Position numbers and translations under genes: made by a program
The notes under the pieces: generated by a model
Database searches by the model: none
What the model was told of the DNA's origin: nothing
The model's input: the letters and a program-made list of their open reading frames with translations, nothing else
Shown here: positions 31,251-40,951 of the stretch, in pieces
How the letters are laid out: every line of letters begins with the position of its first letter
How positions within the stretch are numbered: the first letter of the stretch is position 1
Assembly (NCBI GenBank): GCA_050049775.1
Contig: JASFVP010000005.1
Coordinates: forward strand, 32,896 to 96,895
Length of the DNA stretch: 64,000 bases
Origin: Chromatiales bacterium
GTDB taxonomy: Bacteria; Pseudomonadota; Gammaproteobacteria; Chromatiales; Chromatiaceae
Direction of reading: 5' to 3'

Positions 31251-32059
31251 ACGACGTGATGCAAAAAGACCGGGTATTTGATTTCCTAGTGCCCAAGGAA
31301 GTCGAGGGGCTGGACCTGTCACACGGCACGGTGCTGTACATGGAAGATGTCTCGGTTAGCTTTGATGGTTTCAAGGCGATCAATGATCTCAACTTTTATG
31401 TCAACAGCGGGGAACTGCGCTGCGTCATCGGTCCGAACGGTGCCGGTAAGACCACCATGATGGATATCATCACCGGCAAGACGCGCCCGGACACCGGCAC
31501 GCTCTGGTTTGGCCAACGCATGAACCTGTTGAGAATGTCCGAGGCCGAAATTGCCCAGGCCGGCATCGGTCGTAAATTCCAGAAGCCGACCGTGTTCGAG
31601 AAACACACGGTGGCGGAAAACCTCGAGCTGGCGATGTCCGGTCCCAAGGGTGTGTGGCAGACGTTTATCGCAACAATATCCAAGCAACAACAGGAACGCA
31701 TCGACCAGGTGGCCGAGACCATCGGCCTGACCGAATACATGCAACGTCGTGCCGGGCTGCTGTCGCATGGCCAGAAGCAATGGCTGGAGATCGGCATGTT
31801 GCTGATGCAAAACCCGCTGATGTTGCTGGTGGATGAGCCGGCGGCGGGCATGACGCATCAGGAAATGGATCGCACCGTCGAGTTGCTCAAGAGTCTGGCC
31901 GGCCAGCATTCCGTGGTGGTGGTTGAACACGACATGGACTTTGTGCGCGCACTGAATTCACGCGTCACGGTGTTGCATCAGGGCAGTGTATTGGCCGAAG
32001 GCAGCATGGATGCGGTACAGAATGATCCCCGTGTGATTGAGGTGTATCTCGGTGAATGA
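31247..32059 (+). CDS. urtD: Urea ABC transporter ATP-binding protein UrtD
   Basis: Walker A GPNGAGKTT, signature LSHGQKQWLEIG, Walker B LLLVDEP. Confidence 0.9.
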   Translation: MNDVMQKDRVFDFLVPKEVEGLDLSHGTVLYMEDVSVSFDGFKAINDLNFYVNSGELRCVIGPNGAGKTTMMDIITGKTRPDTGTLWFGQRMNLLRMSEAEIAQAGIGRKFQKPTVFEKHTVAENLELAMSGPKGVWQTFIATISKQQQERIDQVAETIGLTEYMQRRAGLLSHGQKQWLEIGMLLMQNPLMLLVDEPAAGMTHQEMDRTVELLKSLAGQHSVVVVEHDMDFVRALNSRVTVLHQGSVLAEGSMDAVQNDPRVIEVYLGE

Positions 32060-32069
32060 ACAGGCAGTC

Positions 32070-32765
32070 ATGCTGCAGATCGAGCAGCTCAATCAGTTTT
32101 ATGGCGAGTCCCACACCCTGTGGGATCTTGACCTGGTTGTGCCCAGCGGTGAATGCACCGTATTGATGGGGCGCAATGGCGTTGGCAAAACTACCTTGCT
32201 GCAATGCATCATGGGACTGCTGGCCGTCAAGTCGGGCAGCATCAAATACCAGGGCAAGGAAATCCAGAATGTGTCCGCCGAACAGCGGGCTTCCATGGGG
32301 ATCGGCTATGTGCCACAGGGACGGCAGATTTTTCCACTCATGACGGTGGAGGAGAATCTGCAGATCGGCCTGCCGGCGCGCCAGGACAAAAGCAGCAGCG
32401 TGCCCGAGTTTATTTATGAACTGTTTCCGGTGCTCAAGGAGATGCTCGGCCGACGTGGTGGTGACCTGTCCGGTGGTCAACAGCAGCAACTGGCAATTGG
32501 CCGGGCGCTGGTGACCGATCCACAATTGCTGATACTGGACGAGCCGACCGAAGGCATCCAGCCGAATATTGTCGCCGAGATCGGTGATATCATCGGACGA
32601 CTCAACAAGGAGATCGGCCTGACCGTCCTGCTGGTCGAGCAAAAATTGCCGTTTGCACGTCGCGTCGGTGATCACTTCTGTATCCTGGACCGCGGTCGTT
32701 CGGTTGCCGCCGGCAACATATCCGGCTTGAATGACACGCTGATACAGCAGTACCTTACTGTTTAA
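32070..32765 (+). CDS. urtE: Urea ABC transporter ATP-binding protein UrtE
   Basis: Walker A GRNGVGKTT, signature LSGGQQQQLAIGRAL. Start at MLQIEQL is typical for UrtE; the 32037 ORF start is the alternative. Confidence 0.85.
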   Translation: MLQIEQLNQFYGESHTLWDLDLVVPSGECTVLMGRNGVGKTTLLQCIMGLLAVKSGSIKYQGKEIQNVSAEQRASMGIGYVPQGRQIFPLMTVEENLQIGLPARQDKSSSVPEFIYELFPVLKEMLGRRGGDLSGGQQQQLAIGRALVTDPQLLILDEPTEGIQPNIVAEIGDIIGRLNKEIGLTVLLVEQKLPFARRVGDHFCILDRGRSVAAGNISGLNDTLIQQYLTV

Positions 32766-32788
32766 AGTTACAAACCGGCATAAGTGGC

Positions 32789-32937
32789 CCCCTCTCCCCT
32801 GAGGGGAGAGGGTTGGGGTGAGGGGGGTATGTTCAGCACTATCCAACCCTCACCCTGGCCCTCTCCCAGGCTTGGGAGAGGGGATAGTAGCAATACGGCT
32901 TTCAGCCGTAACCTGAAGCCACCGGCCTATGGTCGCT
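32789..32937. repeat. GC-rich palindromic repeat, copy 2, with hairpin tail
   Basis: Same core as copy 1, followed by an ACGGCTTTCAGCCGT hairpin and a GAAGCCACCGGCC...GGTCG tail. Confidence 0.7.
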
Positions 32938-33000
32938 GGTATGTTTACAGTTACACACGGGGATAAAAAAATCCCTCTGGTTTTAATTAGTCATAAATAG

Positions 33001-33151
33001 CTCCCTCTCCCCTGAGGGGAGAGGGTTGGGGTGAGGGGAAGCATGTCAGCATAATTCAACCCTCACCCTGACCCTCTCCCAAACTTGGGAGAGGGGATAG
33101 TAGCAATACGGCTTGCAGCCGTAACCTGAAGCCACCGGCCCATAGTCGGTG
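33001..33151. repeat. GC-rich palindromic repeat, copy 3 (tandem with copy 2, 60 bp apart)
   Basis: CTCCCTCTCCCCTGAGGGGAGAGGG...CCCTCTCCCAAACTTGGGAGAGGGGATAG plus tail. Preceded by a GGGGATAAAAAAATCCC-TGGTTTT terminator-like hairpin. Confidence 0.7.
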
Positions 33152-33183
33152 AAGTGTTCACCAGTCATATGGAGCGATTTGAA

Positions 33184-33351
33184 ATGAAGCTGATTTTCCT
33201 GCTCTTGATTCTTTTGTTGCCGGGCCTGGCGTTGGCGCACATCGGCCCGCACGATCCGGTGCAGCATGCCGGCGAGCATCTGTTGCTGGCAACTGTTGTG
33301 GTGCCTTTTGCCTGGTTGTTGTTGCGCTGGCTTGGCAAACGCAAATCCTGA
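33184..33351 (+). CDS. Small His-rich membrane peptide (HupE/UreJ N-terminus-like), hypothetical
   Basis: 55 aa: signal/TM MKLIFLLLILLLPGLALA, then HIGPHDPVQHAGEH, then a second TM helix. GGAG RBS 9 nt upstream. Directly precedes ureD. Confidence 0.3.
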   Translation: MKLIFLLLILLLPGLALAHIGPHDPVQHAGEHLLLATVVVPFAWLLLRWLGKRKS

Positions 33352-33368
33352 CGGGTTTGTGCTGACTC

Positions 33369-34211
33369 GTGTCACTCAACAGTAGCGCCTTGTCCGATGA
33401 GCCGCAGGGCTGGCAGGCCCGGCTCGAGCTGGGTTTTCGCCATACACCGTTGCGGACCCTGTTACACCGGCGCCGTCGTTTGGGGCCGTTGTCGGTGCAG
33501 CGCGCGTTTTATCCGGAAGGCGATGTTTGTCATGTTTACCTGTTGCATCCGCCGGGCGGGGTGGTCGGTGGCGACCGGCTCGACATCGATCTGCACCTGG
33601 AAGACGACACGCATGTGTTTGTCACCACACCGGGCGCGACCAAGTTTTATCGCAGCGCCGGACAGACCGCCGAGCAGCAACAGGTTTTTCATGTAGGTGA
33701 CAACGCTGTGCTGGAATGGCTGCCGCAGGAGAATATTTTCTTCCCGGGCGCACAGGTGAAAAACAACCTGCTGTTACATCTGCACGGCAATGCCAAAGCC
33801 GCGTTATGGGAAATTCAGTGCTTCGGTCGTCCGGTGAACAATGAAGTTTTCGATAGTGGTTCACTCGACAGTCACTGGCAGATTTTCCGCGATGGCAAAC
33901 CGTTGCTACTGGAGCGTTTGCGGGTTGATAAAGACCGGCTTAAGTTCAGTTCACAAATGAATCGTCATGCCGTCACCGGCACTTTTATTGTCAGTGGCGT
34001 TGCACAGTCGTTGCTGGACAGCCTGCGGCAGATGACTTTTTCAAGCCAGGCCGAAGCACTGGCGCTGACTTTGATCGATGATTTACTGGTGGTGCGTTAT
34101 CTTGGTGATTCGACCGAGAACGCCAGACGAGGTTTCAGCGCCATCTGGAACCGGCTGCGCGAACCCGTGTTGGGCCGGCAAGCGTTGGTGCCGCGCATCT
34201 GGAATACATAA
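33369..34211 (+). CDS. ureD: Urease accessory protein UreD/UreH
   Basis: 280 aa, GTG start, UreD-family sequence (HVYLLHPPGGVVGGDRLDIDL). Confidence 0.85.
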   Translation: MSLNSSALSDEPQGWQARLELGFRHTPLRTLLHRRRRLGPLSVQRAFYPEGDVCHVYLLHPPGGVVGGDRLDIDLHLEDDTHVFVTTPGATKFYRSAGQTAEQQQVFHVGDNAVLEWLPQENIFFPGAQVKNNLLLHLHGNAKAALWEIQCFGRPVNNEVFDSGSLDSHWQIFRDGKPLLLERLRVDKDRLKFSSQMNRHAVTGTFIVSGVAQSLLDSLRQMTFSSQAEALALTLIDDLLVVRYLGDSTENARRGFSAIWNRLREPVLGRQALVPRIWNT

Positions 34212-34231
34212 ACCTGTTCATGAGGTAGGCA

Positions 34232-34534
34232 ATGGAGCTTTCACCCAGAGAAAAAGACAAGTTACTGTTATTTACCGCCGGCCTGCTGGCGGAACGGCGC
34301 AAGGCCAAGGGCCTGAAGCTGAATTATCCCGAAGCCATGGCATTGATCAGTTGTGAAATACTGGAAGGTGCGCGTGAGGGCCGCACGGTGGCCGACCTCA
34401 TGGATCACGGCCGCACGTTGTTGACGCGCGACGATGTCATGGAAGGTGTCGCCGAGATGATTCCGGAAGTGCAGGTGGAAGCGACCTTTCCCGACGGCAC
34501 CAAACTCGTAACAGTTCACGATCCGATCGTTTAA
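34232..34534 (+). CDS. ureA: Urease gamma subunit
   Basis: 100 aa starting [23 protein letters not shown], the canonical UreA. Confidence 0.9.
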   Translation: MELSPREKDKLLLFTAGLLAERRKAKGLKLNYPEAMALISCEILEGAREGRTVADLMDHGRTLLTRDDVMEGVAEMIPEVQVEATFPDGTKLVTVHDPIV

Positions 34535-34545
34535 GGAAGGCTGAC

Positions 34546-34854
34546 ATGATTCCAGGTGAAATAATTGCCGCTGACGGCAACATCGAACTCAATGCCGGTC
34601 GTGAGACGATCAGCGTGCAGGTGGCCAATACCGGTGACCGGCCGATCCAGGTCGGTTCGCATTATCATTTTTACGAAACCAACAGCGCGCTTGAATTTGA
34701 TCGCGAGGCAAGCCGGGGCTTTCGCCTGAACATTGCCGCCGGTACGGCGGTGCGCTTCGAGCCGGGGCAGACGCGTGAAGTCGAGCTGGTCGCTTACGCC
34801 GGCGATCGCAAGGTGTTCGGTTTTAATGGCAAGGTCATGGGAGAACTCGACTGA
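34546..34854 (+). CDS. ureB: Urease beta subunit
   Basis: 102 aa starting MIPGEI...GR.....[12 protein letters not shown], the canonical UreB. Confidence 0.9.
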   Translation: MIPGEIIAADGNIELNAGRETISVQVANTGDRPIQVGSHYHFYETNSALEFDREASRGFRLNIAAGTAVRFEPGQTREVELVAYAGDRKVFGFNGKVMGELD

Positions 34855-36557
34855 TGGCAACGATTGGCAGACAGGCTTATGCCGAAATGTACGGCCCGAC
34901 CACCGGCGACCGGGTGCGCCTGGCGGACACCGAGCTGTTCATCGAGGTCGAAGAAGATCGCACCGTGTATGGCGATGAAGTCAAGTTCGGCGGCGGCAAG
35001 GTGATTCGCGATGGCATGGGACAAAGCCAGCGTGTTGCGGCCGAAGTCATGGATGTGGTCATCACCAATGCGCTGATTTTGGATTGGTGGGGTATCGTCA
35101 AGGCGGACATCGGCATCAAGAACGGCCGCATCGCCGCCATCGGCAAGGCCGGTAACCCGGACGTGCAGCCCGGCGTGGACATCATTATCGGCCCGGGCAC
35201 CGAGGCGATTGCCGGTGAGGGTCAGATACTGACGGCTGGCGGTATCGATTCACACATTCATTTTATCTGCCCGCAACAGGTCGAAGAGGCATTGATGTCG
35301 GGCGTGACCACCATGCTGGGTGGCGGCACCGGACCGGCGACCGGCACCAATGCGACCACCTGTACGCCCGGTCCGTGGAACATCCACCGCATGTTGCAGG
35401 CGGCGGACGAGCTGCCGATGAATCTCGGTTTCCTCGGCAAGGGCAATGCCTCGCGGCCGGATCCCCTGTCCGAACAGATTCGTGCCGGTGCGATCGGCCT
35501 GAAGCTGCACGAGGACTGGGGCACCACGCCGGCGGCCATCGATAACTGCCTGACGGTGGCGGAAAACTTTGATGTGCAGGTCGCGATTCATACCGATACC
35601 CTGAACGAATCGGGTTTTGTTGAAGACACCCTGGCTGCGATGGATGGCCGCACTATTCACACCTACCACACGGAAGGCGCCGGTGGCGGGCATGCTCCGG
35701 ACATCATCAAGGCGGCCGGTTACGATAATGTGCTGCCGTCATCGACCAACCCTACGCGGCCTTACACGGTCAACACGGTCGATGAGCATCTCGACATGCT
35801 GATGGTCTGCCATCACCTGAGCCCGTCCATCGCCGAGGATGTCGCCTTCGCCGAATCGCGCATCCGCCGTGAAACCATCGCCGCGGAAGACATCCTGCAT
35901 GACTTGGGCGCGTTTTCCATGATTGCTTCGGATTCACAGGCCATGGGCCGCGTTGGCGAGGTGATCACACGCACCTGGCAGACGGCGCACAAGATGAAAG
36001 TCCAGCGGGGCGCATTGCAGGGCGACAGCAAGGATGCCGATAACCAGCGCGCCAAGCGTTATGTCGCCAAGTACACCATCAACCCGGCGCTCGCGCACGG
36101 CATGTCGCATGAAGTCGGCTCGGTAGAAGTCGGCAAGCTGGCCGACCTGGTGTTGTGGAAACCGGCTTTCTTTGGCGTCAAGCCAAGCCTCATCATCAAG
36201 GGCGGCATGATTGTCGCCGCGCCCATGGGCGATGCCAATGCTTCCATCCCGACACCGCAACCGGTGCATTATCGTCCCATGTTCGGCGCACTCGGCGGCG
36301 CGCGGCATGCCACCAGCGTCACCTTCATGTCACAGGCGGCCATTGCTGATGGCATACATCAGCAACTTGGTCTGCAATCGTTGATCCGTCCGGTGAAAGA
36401 GTGTCGCAGTGTGCGCAAGAAAGACATGCTGCTGAATAGCTATCAGCCCGTCATTGAAGTGGATGCGCAAACCTACCAGGTGCGCGCCGACGGTGAACTC
36501 TTGACCTGCGAGCCGGCGGAAGTGTTGCCCATGGCGCAACGTTACTTTTTGTTTTGA
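34854..36557 (+). CDS. ureC: Urease alpha subunit
   Basis: 567 aa; Ni-ligand histidines and carbamylated-Lys region ([10 protein letters not shown]); MVCHHL motif. Confidence 0.95.
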   Translation: MATIGRQAYAEMYGPTTGDRVRLADTELFIEVEEDRTVYGDEVKFGGGKVIRDGMGQSQRVAAEVMDVVITNALILDWWGIVKADIGIKNGRIAAIGKAGNPDVQPGVDIIIGPGTEAIAGEGQILTAGGIDSHIHFICPQQVEEALMSGVTTMLGGGTGPATGTNATTCTPGPWNIHRMLQAADELPMNLGFLGKGNASRPDPLSEQIRAGAIGLKLHEDWGTTPAAIDNCLTVAENFDVQVAIHTDTLNESGFVEDTLAAMDGRTIHTYHTEGAGGGHAPDIIKAAGYDNVLPSSTNPTRPYTVNTVDEHLDMLMVCHHLSPSIAEDVAFAESRIRRETIAAEDILHDLGAFSMIASDSQAMGRVGEVITRTWQTAHKMKVQRGALQGDSKDADNQRAKRYVAKYTINPALAHGMSHEVGSVEVGKLADLVLWKPAFFGVKPSLIIKGGMIVAAPMGDANASIPTPQPVHYRPMFGALGGARHATSVTFMSQAAIADGIHQQLGLQSLIRPVKECRSVRKKDMLLNSYQPVIEVDAQTYQVRADGELLTCEPAEVLPMAQRYFLF

Positions 36558-37042
36558 GTATGCTGAAGTTTACACGCAGAGTTAACAACGATGATCCGGC
36601 TGCATACAGCCTGACGTTGCCATTTGAACAGCGCATCAAGGGTCGTCTCAAAGTGGCGCTCGACAATGGCATGGAAGCCGGGCTGTTCCTGGATCGCGGT
36701 CCGATTCTGCGCGGTGGCGATCGTATCGCTACCGACGAGGGTCAGATAGCCGAGATCAAGGCCGCAGCGGAAACAGTCTCCACCGTGCGTAGTTCCGATG
36801 CCTTGTTGCTGGCCAGGGTCTGTTATCACCTCGGCAATCGGCATACGCCATTACAGATTGAAAACGGTATGGCGCGTTACCAGCATGATCATGTGCTGGA
36901 TGACATGGTGCGTGCATTGGGTCTCGAACCGGTTTGCGAGCAGGCGCCATTCGAACCGGAGCCGGGCGCTTACGGCGAGCATCACAGCGATCATGCCCAT
37001 GGCGGGCATGCGCATCATCACGGACATCAGCATGCACACTGA
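36554..37042 (+). CDS. ureE: Urease accessory protein UreE (His-rich C-terminus)
   Basis: 162 aa; C-terminal [20 protein letters not shown] Ni-binding tail. Confidence 0.85.
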   Translation: MSMLKFTRRVNNDDPAAYSLTLPFEQRIKGRLKVALDNGMEAGLFLDRGPILRGGDRIATDEGQIAEIKAAAETVSTVRSSDALLLARVCYHLGNRHTPLQIENGMARYQHDHVLDDMVRALGLEPVCEQAPFEPEPGAYGEHHSDHAHGGHAHHHGHQHAH

Positions 37043-37721
37043 AGGCCTGACCTCAGGACTGGCAGAGCTGCGCCTGATGCAACTGGTCAGTCCGGCCTTG
37101 CCGATTGGCGCTTTTACCTATTCGCAGGGACTGGAGTGGGCGGTGGAAAGCGGACAGTTACCGGATCAACAAGCTGTATACGACTGGCTGCACGGCCAGA
37201 TTGAAGACACGCTGACTTATCTCGACCTGCCAATATTGATACGCCTGTATCAGGCGGTGCAGGGCGATGATCCCGACGGCGTCAATTACTGGTCGGGTTA
37301 TCTACTGGCCAGCCGCGAGACCAGCGAACTGCGACAGGAAGAAATCAATCGCGGCCGTGCGTTGGGTCGGTTGTTGGTTGATCTCGACATCAAGCAGGCC
37401 ACGCGTTATCGCGAAGCGATGCAGCTCAGCCAGTCAGCCGGTTTTGCTTTGGCGGTTGTAGCCTGGCAGATCGGCCTGCAACAGACCTTGCTTGGTTATA
37501 GCTGGGGCTGGCTGGAAAACCAGGTGGCGGCTGCGATCAAGCTGGTGCCACTGGGCCAGACCGCCGGGCAGAAGCTGCAGCTGGAACTGGCGCAACTGAT
37601 ACCGCAGGCAGTCGAACTGGCCTTGCAGGTCAGCGATACTGAAATCGGTGCCTCGGCGCCGGCGCTGGCTATCGCCAGCAGCATGCATGAAACCCAGTAC
37701 ACCCGATTATTCCGTTCATAA
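37032..37721 (+). CDS. ureF: Urease accessory protein UreF
   Basis: Start chosen at MHTEGL (229 aa), overlapping the ureE stop by 11 nt. The long 36798 ORF start runs out of frame through ureE. UreF-like [25 protein letters not shown]. Confidence 0.75.
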   Translation: MHTEGLTSGLAELRLMQLVSPALPIGAFTYSQGLEWAVESGQLPDQQAVYDWLHGQIEDTLTYLDLPILIRLYQAVQGDDPDGVNYWSGYLLASRETSELRQEEINRGRALGRLLVDLDIKQATRYREAMQLSQSAGFALAVVAWQIGLQQTLLGYSWGWLENQVAAAIKLVPLGQTAGQKLQLELAQLIPQAVELALQVSDTEIGASAPALAIASSMHETQYTRLFRS

Positions 37722-37738
37722 AACAAGCAGGTTATTTC

Positions 37739-38353
37739 GTGTCAGACAATAAAACTCCACTTCGTATTGGCGTCGGCGGCCCGGTCGGTTCCGGCAAAAC
37801 CGCCTTGCTGGATGCTCTGTGCAAGAAAATGCGCGACGATTACGACATCGCCGTGGTCACCAATGATATCTATACCCAGGAAGATGCCCGTTTCCTGATC
37901 AACAGCATGGCATTGCCGGAAGCGCGCATTGTTGGTGTGGAAACCGGTGGTTGCCCGCACACTGCCATTCGTGAAGATGCCTCGATGAATCTGGCTGCTG
38001 TCGCTGACCTACAGGAAAGGTTTCCGGATCTTGATGCGGTATTCATCGAAAGCGGTGGTGACAACCTGTCAGCCACATTCAGTCCGGAGCTGGCCGACCT
38101 GACGATCTATGTCATCGATGTTTCCGAAGGTGAAAAAATTCCGCGCAAGGGCGGCCCAGGTATCACGCGTTCCGATCTGCTGGTGATCAACAAGATCGAC
38201 CTGGCCCCCTATGTTGGCGCCTCTCTCGAAGTGATGGAGTCTGATACCAAAAGAATGCGCGGTGACAAGCCGTTTATCTTTACCAATCTGAAAGAGGGCG
38301 TTGGCCTCGATCAAATTATTAGTTTTATCATCGACGAAGGTATGCTGGGTTAA
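37739..38353 (+). CDS. ureG: Urease accessory GTPase UreG
   Basis: 204 aa; P-loop GPVGSGKT; CPH metal motif (GGCPHTA); GTG start. Confidence 0.9.
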   Translation: MSDNKTPLRIGVGGPVGSGKTALLDALCKKMRDDYDIAVVTNDIYTQEDARFLINSMALPEARIVGVETGGCPHTAIREDASMNLAAVADLQERFPDLDAVFIESGGDNLSATFSPELADLTIYVIDVSEGEKIPRKGGPGITRSDLLVINKIDLAPYVGASLEVMESDTKRMRGDKPFIFTNLKEGVGLDQIISFIIDEGMLG

Positions 38354-38506
38354 ACCGGTTTTTTTCCTCGAAACAATGTTCAACCATTGTGCTCCTCTGA
38401 AAATATAACCGATAAGGGTGCTTGCAAAGCTGCTGGCACAGCAGTACGGTTTTAGCCAGGAAGCTCCGGTGTTTCCGGATCATTATGCCTGGAGAGGAGA
38501 GTCGTC

Positions 38507-39157
38507 ATGAATAAATGGGTTCTCGTTTTTATCGCATCTGCCAGTGTTGCCATCAGTTCACTGTCGGGAGCCGCGCAGGCTGCCGATCCCCGTGATAAAT
38601 GGGATGACGGTCATCGCAACCAATATCAACCGAGGTATGAGCCAAAGTATCAACCCGGGTACCAGTCCAGGCATCAATATGGGCATCAATACCGGCATCA
38701 ATCAAAGTCGGTACCACCACCTTTTATTCATCGTGGTCATGACTACAAGATTCCAACGAATCGCATCAGGCGTCACCGTAACATTGTTATTGTGCGTCCT
38801 TTCGGTCATTTGTATAGCGGTTATGGTTTCTTCTCTCGGGATGACGACGCCTACAAGTGGCTGGCCTTTACCGCCATTGCGGTAAAGCTGCTGGACAACC
38901 TGAATGAGCAACAGCAGCGCGAACATGAAGCCGCTCAGATTCAGGCGACCACTGCACCGGTTGGTGAAACCATATACTGGCATGAGGGTAATGCTTCCGG
39001 TCAGGTCACGGCTACCCGTGAAGGCACCAGCAGTTCCGGACGCTATTGCCGCGAGTTTCAACACGAGATCACCGTCGGTGGCAAAAAGGAGCAGGGCTAT
39101 GGCACGGCGTGTCGCCAGCCGGACGGTAGCTGGGAAGTGATTTCGACCGGGCAGTAA
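38507..39157 (+). CDS. Secreted protein with Tyr/Gln/His-rich repeats and a C-terminal Cys-containing surface-antigen-like domain
   Basis: Signal peptide; QPRYEPKYQPGYQSRHQYGHQYRHQ low-complexity repeats; C-terminal GRYCREF...YGTACRQPDGSWE resembles 17-kDa surface-antigen-type domains (from memory). Confidence 0.45.
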   Translation: MNKWVLVFIASASVAISSLSGAAQAADPRDKWDDGHRNQYQPRYEPKYQPGYQSRHQYGHQYRHQSKSVPPPFIHRGHDYKIPTNRIRRHRNIVIVRPFGHLYSGYGFFSRDDDAYKWLAFTAIAVKLLDNLNEQQQREHEAAQIQATTAPVGETIYWHEGNASGQVTATREGTSSSGRYCREFQHEITVGGKKEQGYGTACRQPDGSWEVISTGQ

Positions 39158-39186
39158 CGGTAGATCGTCAGGAACAGGAAGGCATC

Positions 39187-39684
39187 ATGAATCTCATCCG
39201 GTATTCATCAGTAGTGCTGCTGGCTGTTTTTTCGCAGACATTGATGGCAGTGCAGTCGATCGACCCGCTTGCCGCCTGTGATTTTCTCAGTGAACAACGT
39301 TTTCGCGGCACCCTCGAATACAAGCAGGACAAAAAAACCAGTGTTTACAGTTGCACCAGTCTGCGCAAGCCGATAGACCGGGGCGAACCCACGGTCAGTG
39401 ACCTGCGATATCGGGTTTCGGGCACGGCTGACGAAGCCCGGAAAATCAGCCTGATGTTGAGCATGAATTCTGCCCGCATCTCCACTCCGGTGGTCAGGCA
39501 GTTCCACAACAACGCCGCCATCCTTTATGAAAAAATCTTTGCAGAAACCTTACCACAGGAAATCAGTGACGCCATATTGTCATCCATTCGCGGTGATTGG
39601 CCCAGGCACGGTTATGTCGTGAAACTCAAACGTGTGCATGACAAAGCCTTTGTCTATGAAATGGTTTTCAGTATCGAGAAATAG
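39187..39684 (+). CDS. Hypothetical secreted protein
   Basis: 165 aa with signal peptide; no family recognised. Confidence 0.4.
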   Translation: MNLIRYSSVVLLAVFSQTLMAVQSIDPLAACDFLSEQRFRGTLEYKQDKKTSVYSCTSLRKPIDRGEPTVSDLRYRVSGTADEARKISLMLSMNSARISTPVVRQFHNNAAILYEKIFAETLPQEISDAILSSIRGDWPRHGYVVKLKRVHDKAFVYEMVFSIEK

Positions 39685-39751
39685 CGCTTGTATACGCCGG
39701 GCTGATTGACTGCGGATTGATCGGCCTGTCAGAAACAGATTTAGCAACCGA

Positions 39752-40951
39752 ATGAACATCGAACTGGACATACTGCACAGCCTGATTATTGCGATTGTCG
39801 TGCTGTTTCTGGGCCAGCTGTTCGTGTCGCTGATCAAACCTCTGCGACAATACAATATCCCGGTGCCGGTGGTTGGCGGATTGCTGTTTGCGGCGCTAAT
39901 GGCGTTTCTGCAGACCGGCACCGATATTCGCATCCATTTTAATACCGAGCTGCGCAGCTTTTTGATGCTGGCTTTTTTCACCGGCGTCGGTCTCACCGCG
40001 GACTTGGGCCGGCTCAAACGCGGTGGCATCAGCCTGGTGATTTTTCTGCTGATCGTGGCGGTGTTCCTGACGCTGCAGGACACGGTTGGCGCATTGATGG
40101 CCTATCTGCTGGATATGCATCCGGCGATGGGTTTGCTGGCCGGATCGATCACATTGTCCGGTGGACATGGCACCGGCGCGGCCTGGGCGCAGCGTTTTGT
40201 TGAGACACAGAATCTTGGCGGCGCGCTGGAACTGGCGGTGGCGAGCGCCACCTTCGGCCTGGTGATTGGTGGTCTGCTGGGCGGGCCGGTCAGTCAGTTT
40301 TTGATCAGCCGTTATCGCTTGCAGCCGGACCCCGAGGCACAGCAACATGCCGGCTTTGCCGATGCAGCGGTCAATCCGGTCAACGCTCGTGCGATGCTGG
40401 CCACGCTGTTTCTGATTCTTGCCGGCGTGGTTGTCAGCGGCGCGTTGTACGATTTGTTCAAGGATGCTGCGGTCAAGTTGCCCGATTTTATCTGGGCCCT
40501 GTTTGTCGGTGTGGTGTTGCGCAACCTGCTGGGCATTCGCGCCCTTTATCAAATCAATGAGAAAAGCCTCGACCTGATCAGCACACTGACGCTGTGGCTG
40601 GCGCTGGCATTTACCTTCATGGGTTTGCGGCTGTGGGAATTGCTGGACCTTGCCGGGCCGCTGTTTCTGATCCTGCTGGTGCAGACCTTGTTGATGGCGG
40701 TGTTTGCCACTTTCGTGACGTTTCGTGCGCTCGGCGCCAACTATGATGCGGCCGTCATGGCGGCCGGGCATTGCGGTTTCTGTATGGGGGCGACACCGAC
40801 GGCGATTGCCAACATGCAGGCGGTGACCAGTCGCTACGGACCGTCACCGCAGGCATTCATCGTGGTGCCGATGATCGGCGCGTTTTTTATTGACCTGATC
40901 AACGCGCTGGTGATCCAGGGTTTTCTGAGTTTACCGATCCATGGTTTCTAG
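39752..40951 (+). CDS. gltS: Sodium/glutamate symporter GltS
   Basis: 399 aa, about 12 TM, GltS-family sequence with the SGGHGTGAAW signature. Confidence 0.85.
   Translation: MNIELDILHSLIIAIVVLFLGQLFVSLIKPLRQYNIPVPVVGGLLFAALMAFLQTGTDIRIHFNTELRSFLMLAFFTGVGLTADLGRLKRGGISLVIFLLIVAVFLTLQDTVGALMAYLLDMHPAMGLLAGSITLSGGHGTGAAWAQRFVETQNLGGALELAVASATFGLVIGGLLGGPVSQFLISRYRLQPDPEAQQHAGFADAAVNPVNARAMLATLFLILAGVVVSGALYDLFKDAAVKLPDFIWALFVGVVLRNLLGIRALYQINEKSLDLISTLTLWLALAFTFMGLRLWELLDLAGPLFLILLVQTLLMAVFATFVTFRALGANYDAAVMAAGHCGFCMGATPTAIANMQAVTSRYGPSPQAFIVVPMIGAFFIDLINALVIQGFLSLPIHGF

Noticed and set aside
36798-37031. Long 5' extension of ureF (track start 36798, 307 aa)
   Set aside because: The first 78 codons run out of frame across the body of ureE and translate to low-complexity Cys/Trp/Arg-rich sequence. 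UreF homology begins at MHTEGL, so the short form (37032) was used.
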